Notes under the pieces: generated by a model | What the model was told of the DNA's origin: nothing | The model's input: only the letters and a program-made list of their open reading frames with translations | Databases searched by the model: none | In this document: positions 38,674 to 49,613 of the stretch, piece by piece | Layout of the letters: every line of letters starts with the position of its first letter | Numbering within the stretch: position 1 is the first letter of the stretch | Program-made: the position numbers and the translations under genes | Assembly (NCBI GenBank): GCA_963745025.1 | Contig: CAVUWD010000016.1 | Coordinates: forward strand, 1,024,001 to 1,088,000 | Direction of reading: 5' to 3' | Length of the DNA: 64,000 bases | DNA from: an uncultured delta proteobacterium | Lineage (GTDB): Bacteria > Desulfobacterota > Binatia > JACPRU01

Positions 38674-40143
38674 CTACTGCGAAGCAGGGCACGCCGTGTT
38701 AGGTGGAGGGCAAATACCCTCTTCGGATTTCGGAACTTCAGGATAAATCAGGATGTTGCCCTTGGTCAGATCGCCCAGCGCGCCAGCGCCGCCGTCAACG
38801 ATATCAGGGTCACGACCAGTCGGAACTTGGCTCGTACAGCACACCTGCATTAGCAGGGTCTGCTGCTCTGCCTGATCGGCCGGTCTCCAGATAAGCATGG
38901 TGTAGTGATCGCTTGGCTTGCTTCCCGGCTCGCCACGATCCACGGCCTCGACGCGGAACACGACCGTCTCCGTCTTCTTCCCGTTTGTAGGGGTGAAGGA
39001 TCCCAGGCCGGAGAAACAAATCGCGTTAGCCGGCGCGTCTGGAGGAGAGGGCCCATCCGGCGCGGATGGCGGATCGCAGAGGTTACCTTGCGGGGTCGAG
39101 AAGCCCCCGCTGCTGGTTGGCCCAGGGAGGATGTCGCCAGGGTTGAGGCAGCTGCACTCAAGGCTGTTGTAGTCACCGGCGTGGAAATTTCCCCCGGCCT
39201 TTCGATAATGCTTCCACTCTCCTTGAGTAGCACCGGTGTTGTCGAAGCAGCCAACGCATCCGCACGGAGCGCCGACATCGCCCCCGAAGGATGCAACCTT
39301 GGTCTTTGCGTTGTTGGTGCTAGTGACCATGTTCGTACCGGGCAGCCCCCCGCCGCCCGTGATCCGGCAGCCAGTCTGCACGGCAGTCGGCGTATTCGTG
39401 GGCGTGTTGATCGGCAGATTCGTGAGCGTGTTGGTCAGCGAATTCGTGAGCGTGTTGGTCAGCGGATTCGTCGGCGTCGGCGTGTTCGTAGGCTTCGGCG
39501 TATCCGTTGGCATGTCGGTCGGCGTATTGGTTGGCGTGTCGGTCGGCGTATTGGTTGGCGTGTCGGTCGGCGTATTCGTCGGGGTGTTGATATTTACGGA
39601 TAAATTCTTGTCGGCACTATTCGGGTCATTTACGCTGCCGTTGCCGTGGAGGAGGCCCACCTCGTGCGAGTTCACCGTCGCCGTCACCACACCCGGATTG
39701 ACCAGGATTTCGCAGTCCCTAGTCGCAGAGAAGCACTCTGCGGCACTGCGGGCCGGGCAGTTCACCGCAGGTGTTAAAGAAGCTCCGCCGGCGAGCTGAA
39801 ATACCGTTCCGGTCGCAGCCCCGCTTACCGCTGGGCACGTAAAGGTGATCGCCGCGTCCGTGACGTCGCACGCGGTCAAATCGGCGCTGTTGTGGAAGCT
39901 GATCGTGTAGGTGACCGTGTCGCCGTTGTTGATCGCGTTCGCCCTCTTCGCGATGTCGAGGCTGGTTCTGTCCGTGCTACAGCCCGGGGGGCTGATGTCG
40001 GCCCTCGCCGTACCGGTAACGAGCAGCCCGACCATGGCGCTCACCATCAAGAAGAGGCATCTCGCAAATCCTCTCTTACCTGGCAGTTCCCTCCATCTTC
40101 CGTAGCGTTGTTTGAGCGTAGGAATACTCGTCACCGTGACCAC
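38674..40143 (-). CDS. Secreted Cys-rich protein with Pro-Thr linker (start uncertain)
   Basis: Signal-like [18 protein letters not shown]; Ig/DUF11-like N-domain; PTNT/PTDT repeats; CRITGGG C-domain. Confidence 0.75.
   Translation of the reverse strand: MVTVTSIPTLKQRYGRWRELPGKRGFARCLFLMVSAMVGLLVTGTARADISPPGCSTDRTSLDIAKRANAINNGDTVTYTISFHNSADLTACDVTDAAITFTCPAVSGAATGTVFQLAGGASLTPAVNCPARSAAECFSATRDCEILVNPGVVTATVNSHEVGLLHGNGSVNDPNSADKNLSVNINTPTNTPTDTPTNTPTDTPTNTPTDMPTDTPKPTNTPTPTNPLTNTLTNSLTNTLTNLPINTPTNTPTAVQTGCRITGGGGLPGTNMVTSTNNAKTKVASFGGDVGAPCGCVGCFDNTGATQGEWKHYRKAGGNFHAGDYNSLECSCLNPGDILPGPTSSGGFSTPQGNLCDPPSAPDGPSPPDAPANAICFSGLGSFTPTNGKKTETVVFRVEAVDRGEPGSKPSDHYTMLIWRPADQAEQQTLLMQVCCTSQVPTGRDPDIVDGGAGALGDLTKGNILIYPEVPKSEEGICPPPNTACPASQ
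39386..39589 (-). repeat. 12/24-bp coding tandem repeat (PTNT-PTDT)
   Basis: gtcggtcggcgtattggttggcgt and gtgagcgtgttggtcagcg units. Confidence 0.85.
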
Positions 40144-40351
40144 CCGCGGGCGCGCCAGCCCGCTGCGCGTGCTGGGCGGCAGCGTCTCACCGTCTCAACG
40201 AGCGCGACCGCCGCTACCGGCACACCGTGCTCGTGGGCGGCACGCTGAGCACGGAGCGAAAAATCATCATCGAGGACGCAATCGTCGCGGTGGAATGAAC
40301 ACTCGTCCGTAGCGGACAACCCATCCAGCCTAACCCCTGGCACGTCCGAGA

Positions 40352-42058
40352 TCAGCCCATCGGCCCCTGATACACCTCGACGAAGCGCTGGAACAGATCC
40401 CGCGGAATCGCCAGATTGGCGTCGCGATCGGTGCGTAAGCACACCACTGCCGGCGCCTTCGCTGCCTTGGCACGCTTCAGCGCGGGTTCGACGTCTTCCA
40501 TCCGCTCAGCGTACTCGCCGTGGCACCCGAACCCCTCGGCCACCCGATCCCAGCGCACCGTACCCTGGTCGGTGCCAAACGTCCGTCCATAGAGCATGCG
40601 CTCGTTGGGCTCCTCCATCGTCCACGAGCCTTCGGCGAAGACGATCGTCGTGATCTTCACGCCGTCGCGTGCGGCCGATTGCATCTCCATGAAATTGAAC
40701 CCGGCGGCGCCGTCGCCGGTCACGCACACCACCTCGCGATCCGGTGCACCCAGCTTCGCTCCAATCGCAGACGGGATGCCGGTGCCGAGCATCCCGAGCT
40801 CGAGGATGTTGTGGTACGAGCGCGGCGGCGTCGAGGGGAGGCACGCATGCGCCCACAACGAGGTGTTGCCTCCGTCGGCAACGTAGACTGCATTTCTGCC
40901 GAAGACGGTGCCAACCGCGCGCAGCGCGTGCGCTGGGTGCATGCCCGCGCCCGTCCAGCCCGCAACCGGCGACAGCTGTTCGTCCCACCACGCTTGCGCC
41001 GCCTGGCGGTAACGTGCGAGGTCTGCGCCATCGCGGCGGGCGACCTGCCTCGTCCGTAGCGCAAGGATGAGCCCCTCGAGCGCATTCTTGACGTCCGCGA
41101 CAATGCCCAGCGCCAGCGGCCGGGTGACGCCCATGTTGCGCGGATCGACATCGATCTGGATGAGCTTCTGGCCCGCCGGATCGCCCCAGTACTTGTCGTA
41201 CGGAATCTCGAGATTGCCGAGCCGCGATCCTGCGACGAGGATGACGTCGGCTTCCCGCTTCACCGCATCGCCGCCGCCGCCAAACCCGAAGATGTAGTTG
41301 GGGTGGTCGAGCGGAACCGACGAACGCCCCGCCATCGTCGAGACTACCGGACAGTTCAGCAGCGTGACGAGTTCCAGCAGTGCGGCATTGGCATCCCCCC
41401 GGTCCACACCGGATCCGGAGACCACGAGCGGCCGCCGCGCTGTGGCGAGCAGCTCCGAGGCCAGTCGTAGCTGGGCGTCGGAGGCTTGCGGCCGCGGCGG
41501 GCGGTACGCGGCCGGCGGCCATACCGGGGCGCTGTGCTCGTCGCCCGTCGCATACAGGACCGGGCCTGGCAGCTCGATATGCACCGGCCCGGGCCGGCCC
41601 GTCCACATTTCGCGGAAGGCCAATCGCACGACCTCGGGGATACGCTCCCACGACAAGATGGGGCCACCCCATTTGACCACGGGCTTGAAGACATCGAGTT
41701 GATCCTGTCCCTGGAACGTGGAAGGCGGCGAAGGATAGACGATGCCGAGGCGGTGCTGCGACGTGATTGCAACGACTGGAACACCCTCATGGCGTGCCGT
41801 AATCACTCCCGGTAGGAGATTGGCGGAGCCGGGACCCGGATTCCCGAGGACCGCTGCGACCTGACCCGTCGTTTTGTAGAGTCCCTCCGCCATGTGCACA
41901 CCCGCCGCTTCGTGCCGCACGGGAAACAGTCGGATGCCGTACGGGGCGAGCTGGGCGAGCAGCGGGTCCACCTCCGGAGACGGTAGCCCGAACACGAACT
42001 TCACCCCTTCATTCGCGAGGCAACGCGCCAGCAGCTCACCGCCGGTAATTGTGCTCAT
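40352..42058 (-). CDS. Thiamine-diphosphate-dependent enzyme (ALS/benzaldehyde lyase-like)
   Basis: VRHEAAG, GPGSAN, GRPGPVHIELP, GDGAAGF. Confidence 0.9.
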   Translation of the reverse strand: MSTITGGELLARCLANEGVKFVFGLPSPEVDPLLAQLAPYGIRLFPVRHEAAGVHMAEGLYKTTGQVAAVLGNPGPGSANLLPGVITARHEGVPVVAITSQHRLGIVYPSPPSTFQGQDQLDVFKPVVKWGGPILSWERIPEVVRLAFREMWTGRPGPVHIELPGPVLYATGDEHSAPVWPPAAYRPPRPQASDAQLRLASELLATARRPLVVSGSGVDRGDANAALLELVTLLNCPVVSTMAGRSSVPLDHPNYIFGFGGGGDAVKREADVILVAGSRLGNLEIPYDKYWGDPAGQKLIQIDVDPRNMGVTRPLALGIVADVKNALEGLILALRTRQVARRDGADLARYRQAAQAWWDEQLSPVAGWTGAGMHPAHALRAVGTVFGRNAVYVADGGNTSLWAHACLPSTPPRSYHNILELGMLGTGIPSAIGAKLGAPDREVVCVTGDGAAGFNFMEMQSAARDGVKITTIVFAEGSWTMEEPNERMLYGRTFGTDQGTVRWDRVAEGFGCHGEYAERMEDVEPALKRAKAAKAPAVVCLRTDRDANLAIPRDLFQRFVEVYQGPMG

Positions 42059-42359
42059 GGTATTCTCCTTTCGGTGGTGAGGAAGCGCGGCGCATTCGCC
42101 TTCAGAGCTGACGGTCGACGCTGCGCTTCTCCACCTCCGCTACGACTCCAGTCACGGACGCACATCCACTTTCCGAAGATCAACTCCATCACGCGCCGCG
42201 GGCTCGCTGCGAATGCCGCGAGAACACGGTCGCCGGTAATCTCCATGCGGCGAGAGCATATGAGAATCGACGGCACTCGACAATCGAGGAAGCATAGTCC
42301 ATTGATCCGCTGCTCACCGCTTACGTTCGAACCGCCTGGGCTGATATCTGTGATCACAG

Positions 42360-42770
42360 ATGGAGAGTGAAGCCAAGCTCGCCAATGGCCGTCGAGATCC
42401 GCTGGCGCCGATCGAACGTCGGACTCTCGACGAAATCACTTACGCACGCCTCGAGAGGGCGCTCCTGTCTGGACGGCTCGAGCCGGGGCACGTCTTGCCG
42501 CTGCGGGGGCTCGCCGCGACTCCCAGGACGACCGTGATGCCGGTTCGCGATGCGGTCGGACGACTCGCGGGCGAACAAGCCATCGCGCTGCTGCTGAACC
42601 GGGAGATCCGCATCCCCCGCCTTACGCCCGAGCACGCAGACGAGGTTTGGGGTCTGGTCGAGCGCTCCGCGGCGGAGGAGCCGGCATCCGGTAGTGTAAT
42701 GCCGCTCGGCGCCGAGCGAGCGGCCTCGCAAGCAAGCCGATCGCAGCGGCTGCGGAGGAAAATCGAATGA
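42360..42770 (+). pseudogene. GntR-family regulator truncated after HTH
   Basis: LLSGRLEPG...LRGLA...VMPVRDAVGRL; effector domain missing; ATGA overlap with the next gene. Confidence 0.65.
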
Positions 42771-44101
42771 ACGAGGCGATCCTCGAACGCTTTCGGCAGT
42801 CCGTGGAGGACGAATACCACGCTCGCACCGCGCGCTCTCGCGCGCTTTTCGATGAGGCGCGCGATGCGATCGCCGGCGGCGTCACGAGGGGCACGAGCTT
42901 CTGGCGGCCGTACCCGATCTTCGTGGAGCGAGGCCAGGGTTGCCACCTGATCGACGCCGACGGGAACCGCTATGTGGACTTCAACGGGAACTTCACCGCG
43001 GCGCTGTGGGGGAACGATCCGCCGTTCCTCGTCGAAGCGATCCGTGAAGCGGCATCTCGGCTGCTGGCGGCGGGCGCCGCGACCGCGAGCATCGGGGAAT
43101 GGGCTCGCCTTCTCCGCGATCGATATCCGGCCGTCGATCTCGTTCGCTTCTGCTGCTCGGGGACCGAGGCGGTGATGTTCGGCTGCCGCGCCGCGCGTGC
43201 TGCATCCGGACGCGGCAAGATTCTGAAGCATCGCGGCTCGTATCATGGGACGACAGACGCGATGGAAGCAGACATGCCGACTTCTCAGGTCGGCATTGCT
43301 CCACACGCGGCGTCGGACATGATCTATGCGGACTTCTGGGATCTCGAGGAATGCGAAAGACTGCTGCGCGAGCACCGGGACGAGCTCGCCGGGATGCTCT
43401 TGAACCCGATCTGGTTCTCGCGCGAGAGCGGGCTCCTTCCCGAGCTCGCCGGTCTCGCTCGAAAGCAGGGTGTCCTGGTCATCGCCGACGAGGTCATGAG
43501 CTTTCGCTACGCCACGGGAGGCGGGCAGGAGTACTTCGGCTTCGACGCGGACATAACGGTCTTCGGGAAATCGATCGGCGGCGGCGGCCTCGCGGTGGGC
43601 GCCTTCGGCGGACGGGAGGCGATTCTGCGGCTCTTCTCGCCGCTCGACAACCCATCCCCCGTCCACCACTCCGGCACGTTCGCGGCCAACCCGATCACCG
43701 TAGCCGCTGGCATCGCCGCGCTCCGACACGCGACCCCTGAGCTTTTTGCCAGACTCAATGCGCTCGGGGAGCGACTCCGCAAGGGCTTTCGCCAAACCTT
43801 CGAGCGGCACGGCGTCCGCGTCGGCATGCGCGCAGAGGCCTCGCTGATTCTGCTCCGGCTCGGGACGCTGGGGCTACGCTATGGCGCGCCCGAAGAGGGG
43901 CCGGCCGCCGAAGTGAAGCGGCTCTTCGGCCTCGAGCTCTTGAACCGGGGGCTCTTCACGCCCGCTGACGCCTTCATCTGGGCCATCTCGGCGCCGATGA
44001 GCGAGGCCGAGGTCGACCAGGCGGTCGCGACCGTCGCAGAAGCGACGCGTAAATTCCTGCCGTTGTTCGAAAGCGTCGCGCCGGAGCTTTTGCGAAGTTA
44101 A
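42767..44101 (+). CDS. Class III aminotransferase (GSA aminomutase-like)
   Basis: DADGNRYVDF, SGTEA, YHGT, ADEVMSFR, FGKSIGGG, SGTFAANP. Confidence 0.9.
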   Translation: MNEAILERFRQSVEDEYHARTARSRALFDEARDAIAGGVTRGTSFWRPYPIFVERGQGCHLIDADGNRYVDFNGNFTAALWGNDPPFLVEAIREAASRLLAAGAATASIGEWARLLRDRYPAVDLVRFCCSGTEAVMFGCRAARAASGRGKILKHRGSYHGTTDAMEADMPTSQVGIAPHAASDMIYADFWDLEECERLLREHRDELAGMLLNPIWFSRESGLLPELAGLARKQGVLVIADEVMSFRYATGGGQEYFGFDADITVFGKSIGGGGLAVGAFGGREAILRLFSPLDNPSPVHHSGTFAANPITVAAGIAALRHATPELFARLNALGERLRKGFRQTFERHGVRVGMRAEASLILLRLGTLGLRYGAPEEGPAAEVKRLFGLELLNRGLFTPADAFIWAISAPMSEAEVDQAVATVAEATRKFLPLFESVAPELLRS

Positions 44102-44213
44102 GGCATGGAGAACGACGCGAACTGGATGAAGCAACAGCCAGGGTACATGGCCGCACTTGGCGCCGGACGGGGCCACGCTGTCAAAGAAGCCTTCGCATGA
44201 TACACACGGCGCA

Positions 44214-45116
44214 ATGAGCGAGCCGGCACTCGAAACCGTGCCCTGGATGGACCGCACCGTGGAGCTGCCCGGCCGCGGTCACATGCCCGTGCGCGAAGTC
44301 CGGGGCCCCGAGGGGGCGCCCACGCTGGTCCTGCTCCATGGGCTCGCGGCCACCGGCCGGCTCAACTGGGCGACCTGCGTCCCCGCCCTTGCCCGACGCT
44401 TCAACGTCGTCGTGGTCGACCACCGCGGCCACGGTCACGGCATCCGCACGCAACACTTTCGGCTGGTCGATTGCGCCGACGACGTCATCGCACTCGCCGA
44501 CGTGCTGGGCATCGCGTCGTTCGTGGCCGTGGGCTACTCGATGGGCGGGCCGATCGCGGAGCTCTGCTGGAGCCGTCACCCCGACCGGGTCCGCGGCCTC
44601 GTCCTGTGCGCCACGGCCAAGCATTTCGTGCGCCCCGAGGCGCGCGGGGTCGCGAACGCCGTGATTCCGGGCATGGTGGTCGGCGCGCGGCTTTTCCCAG
44701 AATTCTTTCGCGACCGCATCGTCGACGGCATGCTGCGCGATCTCCCCGCCGGGCCGCGGCGCGATCTCGTCCGGCGCGAGATGCTGGCAATGGACGTAGC
44801 CACCGTCTTTCAGGCGGCGCGGGCGGTGATTCGCTTCTCGTCGCGCGACTGGGTCTCACGCATCGACGTGCCCACCGCCGTCGTCGTCACCACGCGCGAC
44901 GGCCTGGTGCCGACTCCGCGCCAGTACCATCTCGCCGCCGCCATTCCCGGCGCCAGGATCTTCGAGGTGGACGGCGATCACCTCGCCTGCGTGCGAGCCC
45001 CAGACAAGTTCGTCCCGGCGCTCGTCCAGGCGTGCGAGTATGTGACCACCGCGGCGGCTACGGCGCCGGCCCGCGAAGCCGAAGCGAGGGAGGGGGAGCC
45101 CGCAGTCGTCTTATAA
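44214..45116 (+). CDS. Alpha/beta hydrolase
   Basis: LLHG, DHRGHG, GYSMGG, D...GDH. Confidence 0.88.
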   Translation: MSEPALETVPWMDRTVELPGRGHMPVREVRGPEGAPTLVLLHGLAATGRLNWATCVPALARRFNVVVVDHRGHGHGIRTQHFRLVDCADDVIALADVLGIASFVAVGYSMGGPIAELCWSRHPDRVRGLVLCATAKHFVRPEARGVANAVIPGMVVGARLFPEFFRDRIVDGMLRDLPAGPRRDLVRREMLAMDVATVFQAARAVIRFSSRDWVSRIDVPTAVVVTTRDGLVPTPRQYHLAAAIPGARIFEVDGDHLACVRAPDKFVPALVQACEYVTTAAATAPAREAEAREGEPAVVL

Positions 45117-45289
45117 TCTCAGGTAATGACGACTCAGCCGTCTATGGTTCGTACCCTCCGGATCACTCGGATCGCAATGCAAGGGCGTCGCAGCTCAAGC
45201 AGTAGGTAGGCAGCCTCGCGCCCACGCACGACGTTGCGGGGCGAAACGGTTCCAAGATTCGCGCTGCGCGAAAGAAAGGAAGGGGCAAG

Positions 45290-46084
45290 ATGTCACTCGA
45301 CGGCAAGATCGCGATCATAACGGGGGCGGCGCGCGGCATCGGTGCGGCGACGGTCAGTTTGTTCGTCGAACGAGGCGCGACGGTGATCGCTTGCGACAAA
45401 GATGCGGCGCCGCTCGACGCGATGGCGGCCGGACTGCGCCAAGGACGTGTGGTCACGCTGGCCGCGGACGTGACCGAAGAGGCAGCCAATTCGCGACTCG
45501 TGGACACGGCGCTTGACCGCTTCGGCCGGCTTGATGTCGCCTTCTTCAATGCCGGCGTCGCCGGCGACCTCGCACCCACGCACGAGTATCCGAACGAGGT
45601 CTTCGATCGCGTGATGCGGGTGAATTCGACCGCGGTTTTCTTCGGATTGAAACACGCGATCCGAGCGATGTTGGCCGGCAGCGGCGGCTCGATCATCTGC
45701 ACCTCTTCCGTGCAGGGTTTACAGGCCTGCGGCTACACGATCGCGTATACCGCCTCGAAACATGCCGTGATGGGCATGGTGCGCACCGCCGCTCTCGAGT
45801 ATGCGCGCCATAATATTCGTGTGAACGCCGTGAACCCCGGGACCACCGATACTGAAATGATGAAATACGTGCACGATACGCTCGCCCCGGACGACCCTGC
45901 GAGCGTCCGAGCGGGCTTTGCGGAGGCGGTCCCGATGGGCAGGTATGCGCGCCCGGACGAAATAGCACGCATGGTCGCGTTTCTCGCGTCGGACGATTCA
46001 GCTTACATCACAGGGATGCCCCACTGTGTCGCGGGCGGGATGGGAGCGAACTGGGCGCCGCCGATGCAATTGCCTGCGAAATGA
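45290..46084 (+). CDS. SDR family oxidoreductase
   Basis: TGAARGIG, NAG, YTASK, NAVNPG. Confidence 0.92.
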   Translation: MSLDGKIAIITGAARGIGAATVSLFVERGATVIACDKDAAPLDAMAAGLRQGRVVTLAADVTEEAANSRLVDTALDRFGRLDVAFFNAGVAGDLAPTHEYPNEVFDRVMRVNSTAVFFGLKHAIRAMLAGSGGSIICTSSVQGLQACGYTIAYTASKHAVMGMVRTAALEYARHNIRVNAVNPGTTDTEMMKYVHDTLAPDDPASVRAGFAEAVPMGRYARPDEIARMVAFLASDDSAYITGMPHCVAGGMGANWAPPMQLPAK

Positions 46085-46183
46085 GGTCTGGCGTACCGGC
46101 GTGAACAGCAGCGGCGGTATCCGGGCCCGGAGACTCTCCTTCCTGGTTTCGCGACCGCCGCCCTTGCGGAGTCAGGATCGACC

Positions 46184-47179
46184 ATGGCGGTCGCGTCGCT
46201 CTCCTCGCCTCTGGGCTGGCTTCGCGCCTGGCTCGTTGTCGTCGCGTGCCTTGTCTCGATCGGGGCAGGAACACCCGCGCCCGTGGTCGAAGACATCCGC
46301 AAGGAAGAGGGGCCGTTCGATCTCGGGAGACAACGGTTTGCGGTCATCCTGCACATGAAACACCTCGCGGGCCAGAGCACGGCGGCGGCCTCGGACTTCC
46401 AGGAAACCCTCGCCGGGATGGAGATCAAGGACGCGCTGGAAAAGGTTCACTACCACAAGAACTTTCCTTACGAGGTGTCGGGAAACCGATTCGTCGAGAC
46501 GACAGAAGCCTCGGCACAGCTTTTGCGGGGCAAGCAAGGCCGCTGGCTGCTCATCACATACGGAACCCTGCCGTCCACCCCGCTCGGAGGCGAGTCCTGG
46601 CAGGTGTTCGGTCTCTTCGCCGGCCCGCCCTCGGCGCCCCTGGCCGGCAGGCTCGTGCCCTTCAGCAAGCCGATCTTCGCCGAGGGGCAGCTCATCAACG
46701 GTAAGCCGGGGAAGAAGGTCGTAGACACATCCCAGGAACCGAAGCTCCAGGGGGACATGCTGCACTTCCGCGTTTGGGCGGGGAATTTCTTCGTGATCAT
46801 CCCGCTGCGGATCCTCTGGTTCCAGAACACGATCGGACCGGCGTGGCGCTGCGTCAAGATGACAGCGCGCGGACCGCGGCCGGTCTGCGAGGTGAAGGTC
46901 GAGGCCGAGCGGCATCCCGCCGACGAGGACATGACCTTCGTGCGGCTGCATTCGGAAGCCGGCGATGACACGGACGTCGCGCAGCACGTGGTGGTGAAGA
47001 AAGACTCAAAGGTCGCGTTCCTGTCCGCCGAGACCGAGGTCGTGTGGAAGGAGCACGCCGACAGTGTCGGCCTCGGCGTCTCGGACGACGTGTGGCTCAA
47101 GGTCCAGATTGACGGCAGGGAAGGCTGGATTCACACCCAGGAAGATCTTCAAGCAATCGGGTTGCCCCAGGCGGGCTGA
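46184..47179 (+). CDS. Hypothetical exported protein, SH3-like C-terminus
   Basis: Signal peptide; WLKVQIDGREGWIH. Confidence 0.65.
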   Translation: MAVASLSSPLGWLRAWLVVVACLVSIGAGTPAPVVEDIRKEEGPFDLGRQRFAVILHMKHLAGQSTAAASDFQETLAGMEIKDALEKVHYHKNFPYEVSGNRFVETTEASAQLLRGKQGRWLLITYGTLPSTPLGGESWQVFGLFAGPPSAPLAGRLVPFSKPIFAEGQLINGKPGKKVVDTSQEPKLQGDMLHFRVWAGNFFVIIPLRILWFQNTIGPAWRCVKMTARGPRPVCEVKVEAERHPADEDMTFVRLHSEAGDDTDVAQHVVVKKDSKVAFLSAETEVVWKEHADSVGLGVSDDVWLKVQIDGREGWIHTQEDLQAIGLPQAG

Positions 47180-47181
47180 GC

Positions 47182-48462
47182 TCAGAGCAGGCCGAGCACG
47201 TCATCCAGGGTGGCAAGCAGGAGGTCGGCGTTGGCGCGCGAGAACGGCAGCGGCGGGCGCATCTTGAGCACGTTGTCGAATTGGCCGATGCGGCCCATGA
47301 GTACGCCGCGGTCCTTCATGAGATTGATGGCGCGGTGACTCTCTTCGGTGGCCGGTTCCTTCGTCGCGCGATCGCGCACCAGCTCGACGCCGATCCACAG
47401 GCCATGCCCGCGGATGTCACCAATCATCGTATGCCGCTGTTGCAGGCGGGCGAGGCCGGCGCGGACATAGGCGCCGACTTCGCGCGCGTTATCGATCAGG
47501 CGTTCACGGTCAAGCACGTCAAGCACGGCGTTGCCTACCGCGCATGACACCGGGTTGCCACCAAAGGTGTTGAAGTACATGACCCGGTCGCGAAACTCGT
47601 TGATCAGATCGGCGCGTGCGACGACCGCTGCCAGCGGGTGCCCATTCCCCATCGGTTTGCCCATCGTCACGATATCGGGCACGACGCCGGCCAGTTCGTA
47701 ACCCCACATGCGCCCGGTGCGGCCGAATCCGGCCTGAACTTCGTCCGCGATGAACAGACCACCGGCGGCGCGTACGCGCGCGACGGCCTTCCGCATGAAG
47801 CCCGGTGGTACGTCCGGTAATCCTTCGTTGGCGAACACCGAACACAGAAGCATCCCGGCAAAACCAACGCCGGCCTCTGCGAGGCTGCCGATGGCGCGGT
47901 CGACTTCGGCGACGTAGGCGTCGGCCAGCGCTTCGCCTGCGAGCCCGCCGAGCGGTCGATAACTGTCCGGAAACGGGATCGCCCGCACGCGCGGGCTCTG
48001 CTTTACCCGGCCGTGGAAGAGCGGCGAGATTTCGTCTACCGCGGCGGTATTGCCGTGATACGTCAGATTTGTACAGATCACACCTTCGCCACCGGTGTGC
48101 AGGCGCGCGATACGCAGGGCCTGATCGTTGGCCTCGCTGCCAGTGCACACGAACATGACCATCGACAGCGATGGGTCGAGCCGGGCCACGAGGCGTTCCC
48201 CGTAGTCGAGTATGGTTTCGTGGAGATACCGGGTATGTACGTTCAGCGTCGCCGCCTGGCGGGCCAGCGCAGCGACCACGTCCGGGTGACAATGGCCGAC
48301 CAGCGGCACGTTATTGTAGACATCGAGGTACACGCGGCCGGTGGCGTCGTAAAGCCACACGCCCTCGCCGCGCACGATGTGCAGCGGTTCCTCGTAAAAG
48401 AGCGGCGCCCTGGCGCCGAGCAGGCGCGCCCGACGCGCCATCAGATCCGCATGTGTGCTCAT
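47182..48462 (-). CDS. Class III aminotransferase-fold protein (aminoalcohol-phosphate phospho-lyase-like)
   Basis: YLDVYNNV..VGHCHP, HTRYLH, ADEVQAGFGRTG, MGKPMGNG, FNTFGGNP. Confidence 0.85.
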   Translation of the reverse strand: MSTHADLMARRARLLGARAPLFYEEPLHIVRGEGVWLYDATGRVYLDVYNNVPLVGHCHPDVVAALARQAATLNVHTRYLHETILDYGERLVARLDPSLSMVMFVCTGSEANDQALRIARLHTGGEGVICTNLTYHGNTAAVDEISPLFHGRVKQSPRVRAIPFPDSYRPLGGLAGEALADAYVAEVDRAIGSLAEAGVGFAGMLLCSVFANEGLPDVPPGFMRKAVARVRAAGGLFIADEVQAGFGRTGRMWGYELAGVVPDIVTMGKPMGNGHPLAAVVARADLINEFRDRVMYFNTFGGNPVSCAVGNAVLDVLDRERLIDNAREVGAYVRAGLARLQQRHTMIGDIRGHGLWIGVELVRDRATKEPATEESHRAINLMKDRGVLMGRIGQFDNVLKMRPPLPFSRANADLLLATLDDVLGLL

Positions 48463-48683
48463 GATGCCTGACGCGCGCGCTGTTCGATCCTCGCCTTGAT
48501 GCGCGTCTGCCAGCGCTCGTGAACGCTCGCCCCAAGACCGAGCGGATGCCCCGGGCAGTCGATGCGATGTGACGTCGGACGCCAATCGGCTTGGAAAGCC
48601 GGGTTACTCAGATCATCGAAAGCCATCCCCGGGCTCGCATCGATGAGGATGTCATGGCTGATTTCGAGGCGACTGCTCCCCAT
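48459..48683 (-). pseudogene. Internally deleted SRPBCC-family stub
   Basis: ISHDILIDASP..AFD.LSNP....W.P pattern; only 74 aa; ATGA-coupled to the next gene. Confidence 0.45.
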
Positions 48684-48706
48684 GGACTAACGCTCAGCGA
48701 CCATGC

Positions 48707-49474
48707 TCAGGCATCGATCGCTTCGAGGGTTTCCGGCAGGATCTGGCCGCCATCGACGATGATGGTCTGGCCCGTGATGTATCCGGCTTCCTTCGATGCG
48801 AGAAACAGGGCCGCGTTGCCGACGTCCTCGACGGTGCCAAGCTTTTTCATGGGGATCGATGCCGCCATGGTCTTCAGATAATCCTCGCCGAGTCCGGTCA
48901 GGCCCTCGGTGATGATATTGCCGGGCAACACCGCGTTGATGGTGATGCCGTAGCGCGCAAGTTCGATGCACGCGGTGCGCATGAAGCCGAGCTGACCCGC
49001 CTTGCTCGCGCCGTAATGACTCCAGCCCGGGAAGCCAGTGACGGGGCCCGTGATCGAAGAAGTGAGCACGACACGTCCCTGGTCGGATTGCTTGAGCCAG
49101 GGCAGGCAGGCCTTGATCGAGAGAAAGCTGCCCTTGAGGTTAGTCGCCATGACCGCGTCCCACTCGGCCGGGTCCATGCTTTCGATTTTGGTCTGCGGAA
49201 ACATACCGGCGTTGGCACACAAGATGTCGATGCCGCCGAAGGCGGCAGCTGCGGCAGTCGCCATCGCCTGGCAGGCTCCCCAGTCACTGATGTCGGCCGC
49301 GAAGCCGCGTACGCCGTTGCCCAATTCGCGGGCGCAGGCCTCGGCCCCCTCGATCCTGCGAGAAACGACCATGACCCTGGCACCCTGCCGCGCGAATACG
49401 CGCGCGATCCCCTTGCCGATGCCTTTACTGGCGCCGGTGACGACGACCGCGCGACCACTGATGGGTGTGAACAT
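48707..49474 (-). CDS. SDR, aminoacetone reductase / 1-amino-2-propanol dehydrogenase-like
   Basis: TSSITGPVTGFPGWSHYGASKAGQLGF...LPGNI.TEG matches the recalled M. smegmatis RMM dehydrogenase signature. Confidence 0.8.
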   Translation of the reverse strand: MFTPISGRAVVVTGASKGIGKGIARVFARQGARVMVVSRRIEGAEACARELGNGVRGFAADISDWGACQAMATAAAAAFGGIDILCANAGMFPQTKIESMDPAEWDAVMATNLKGSFLSIKACLPWLKQSDQGRVVLTSSITGPVTGFPGWSHYGASKAGQLGFMRTACIELARYGITINAVLPGNIITEGLTGLGEDYLKTMAASIPMKKLGTVEDVGNAALFLASKEAGYITGQTIIVDGGQILPETLEAIDA

Positions 49475-49613
49475 GACTCGTAGTACCCCCTGGGAATGCC
49501 GGCCGCCACGGTGCGCCGACCGGCGCCCGTACCTGACCGGATCGCACCATACCCGATGCAAACGCCGGAGCGAAATGGTGTAATAGATCGCTTCGTCCGC
49601 GGGCTATCTCGAT

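Noticed and set aside
42073-42139. Long imperfect hairpin upstream of the ThDP enzyme as a TPP riboswitch
   Set aside because: Lacks the conserved TPP aptamer motifs (CUGAGA, ACCUGA); only a generic GC-rich stem.
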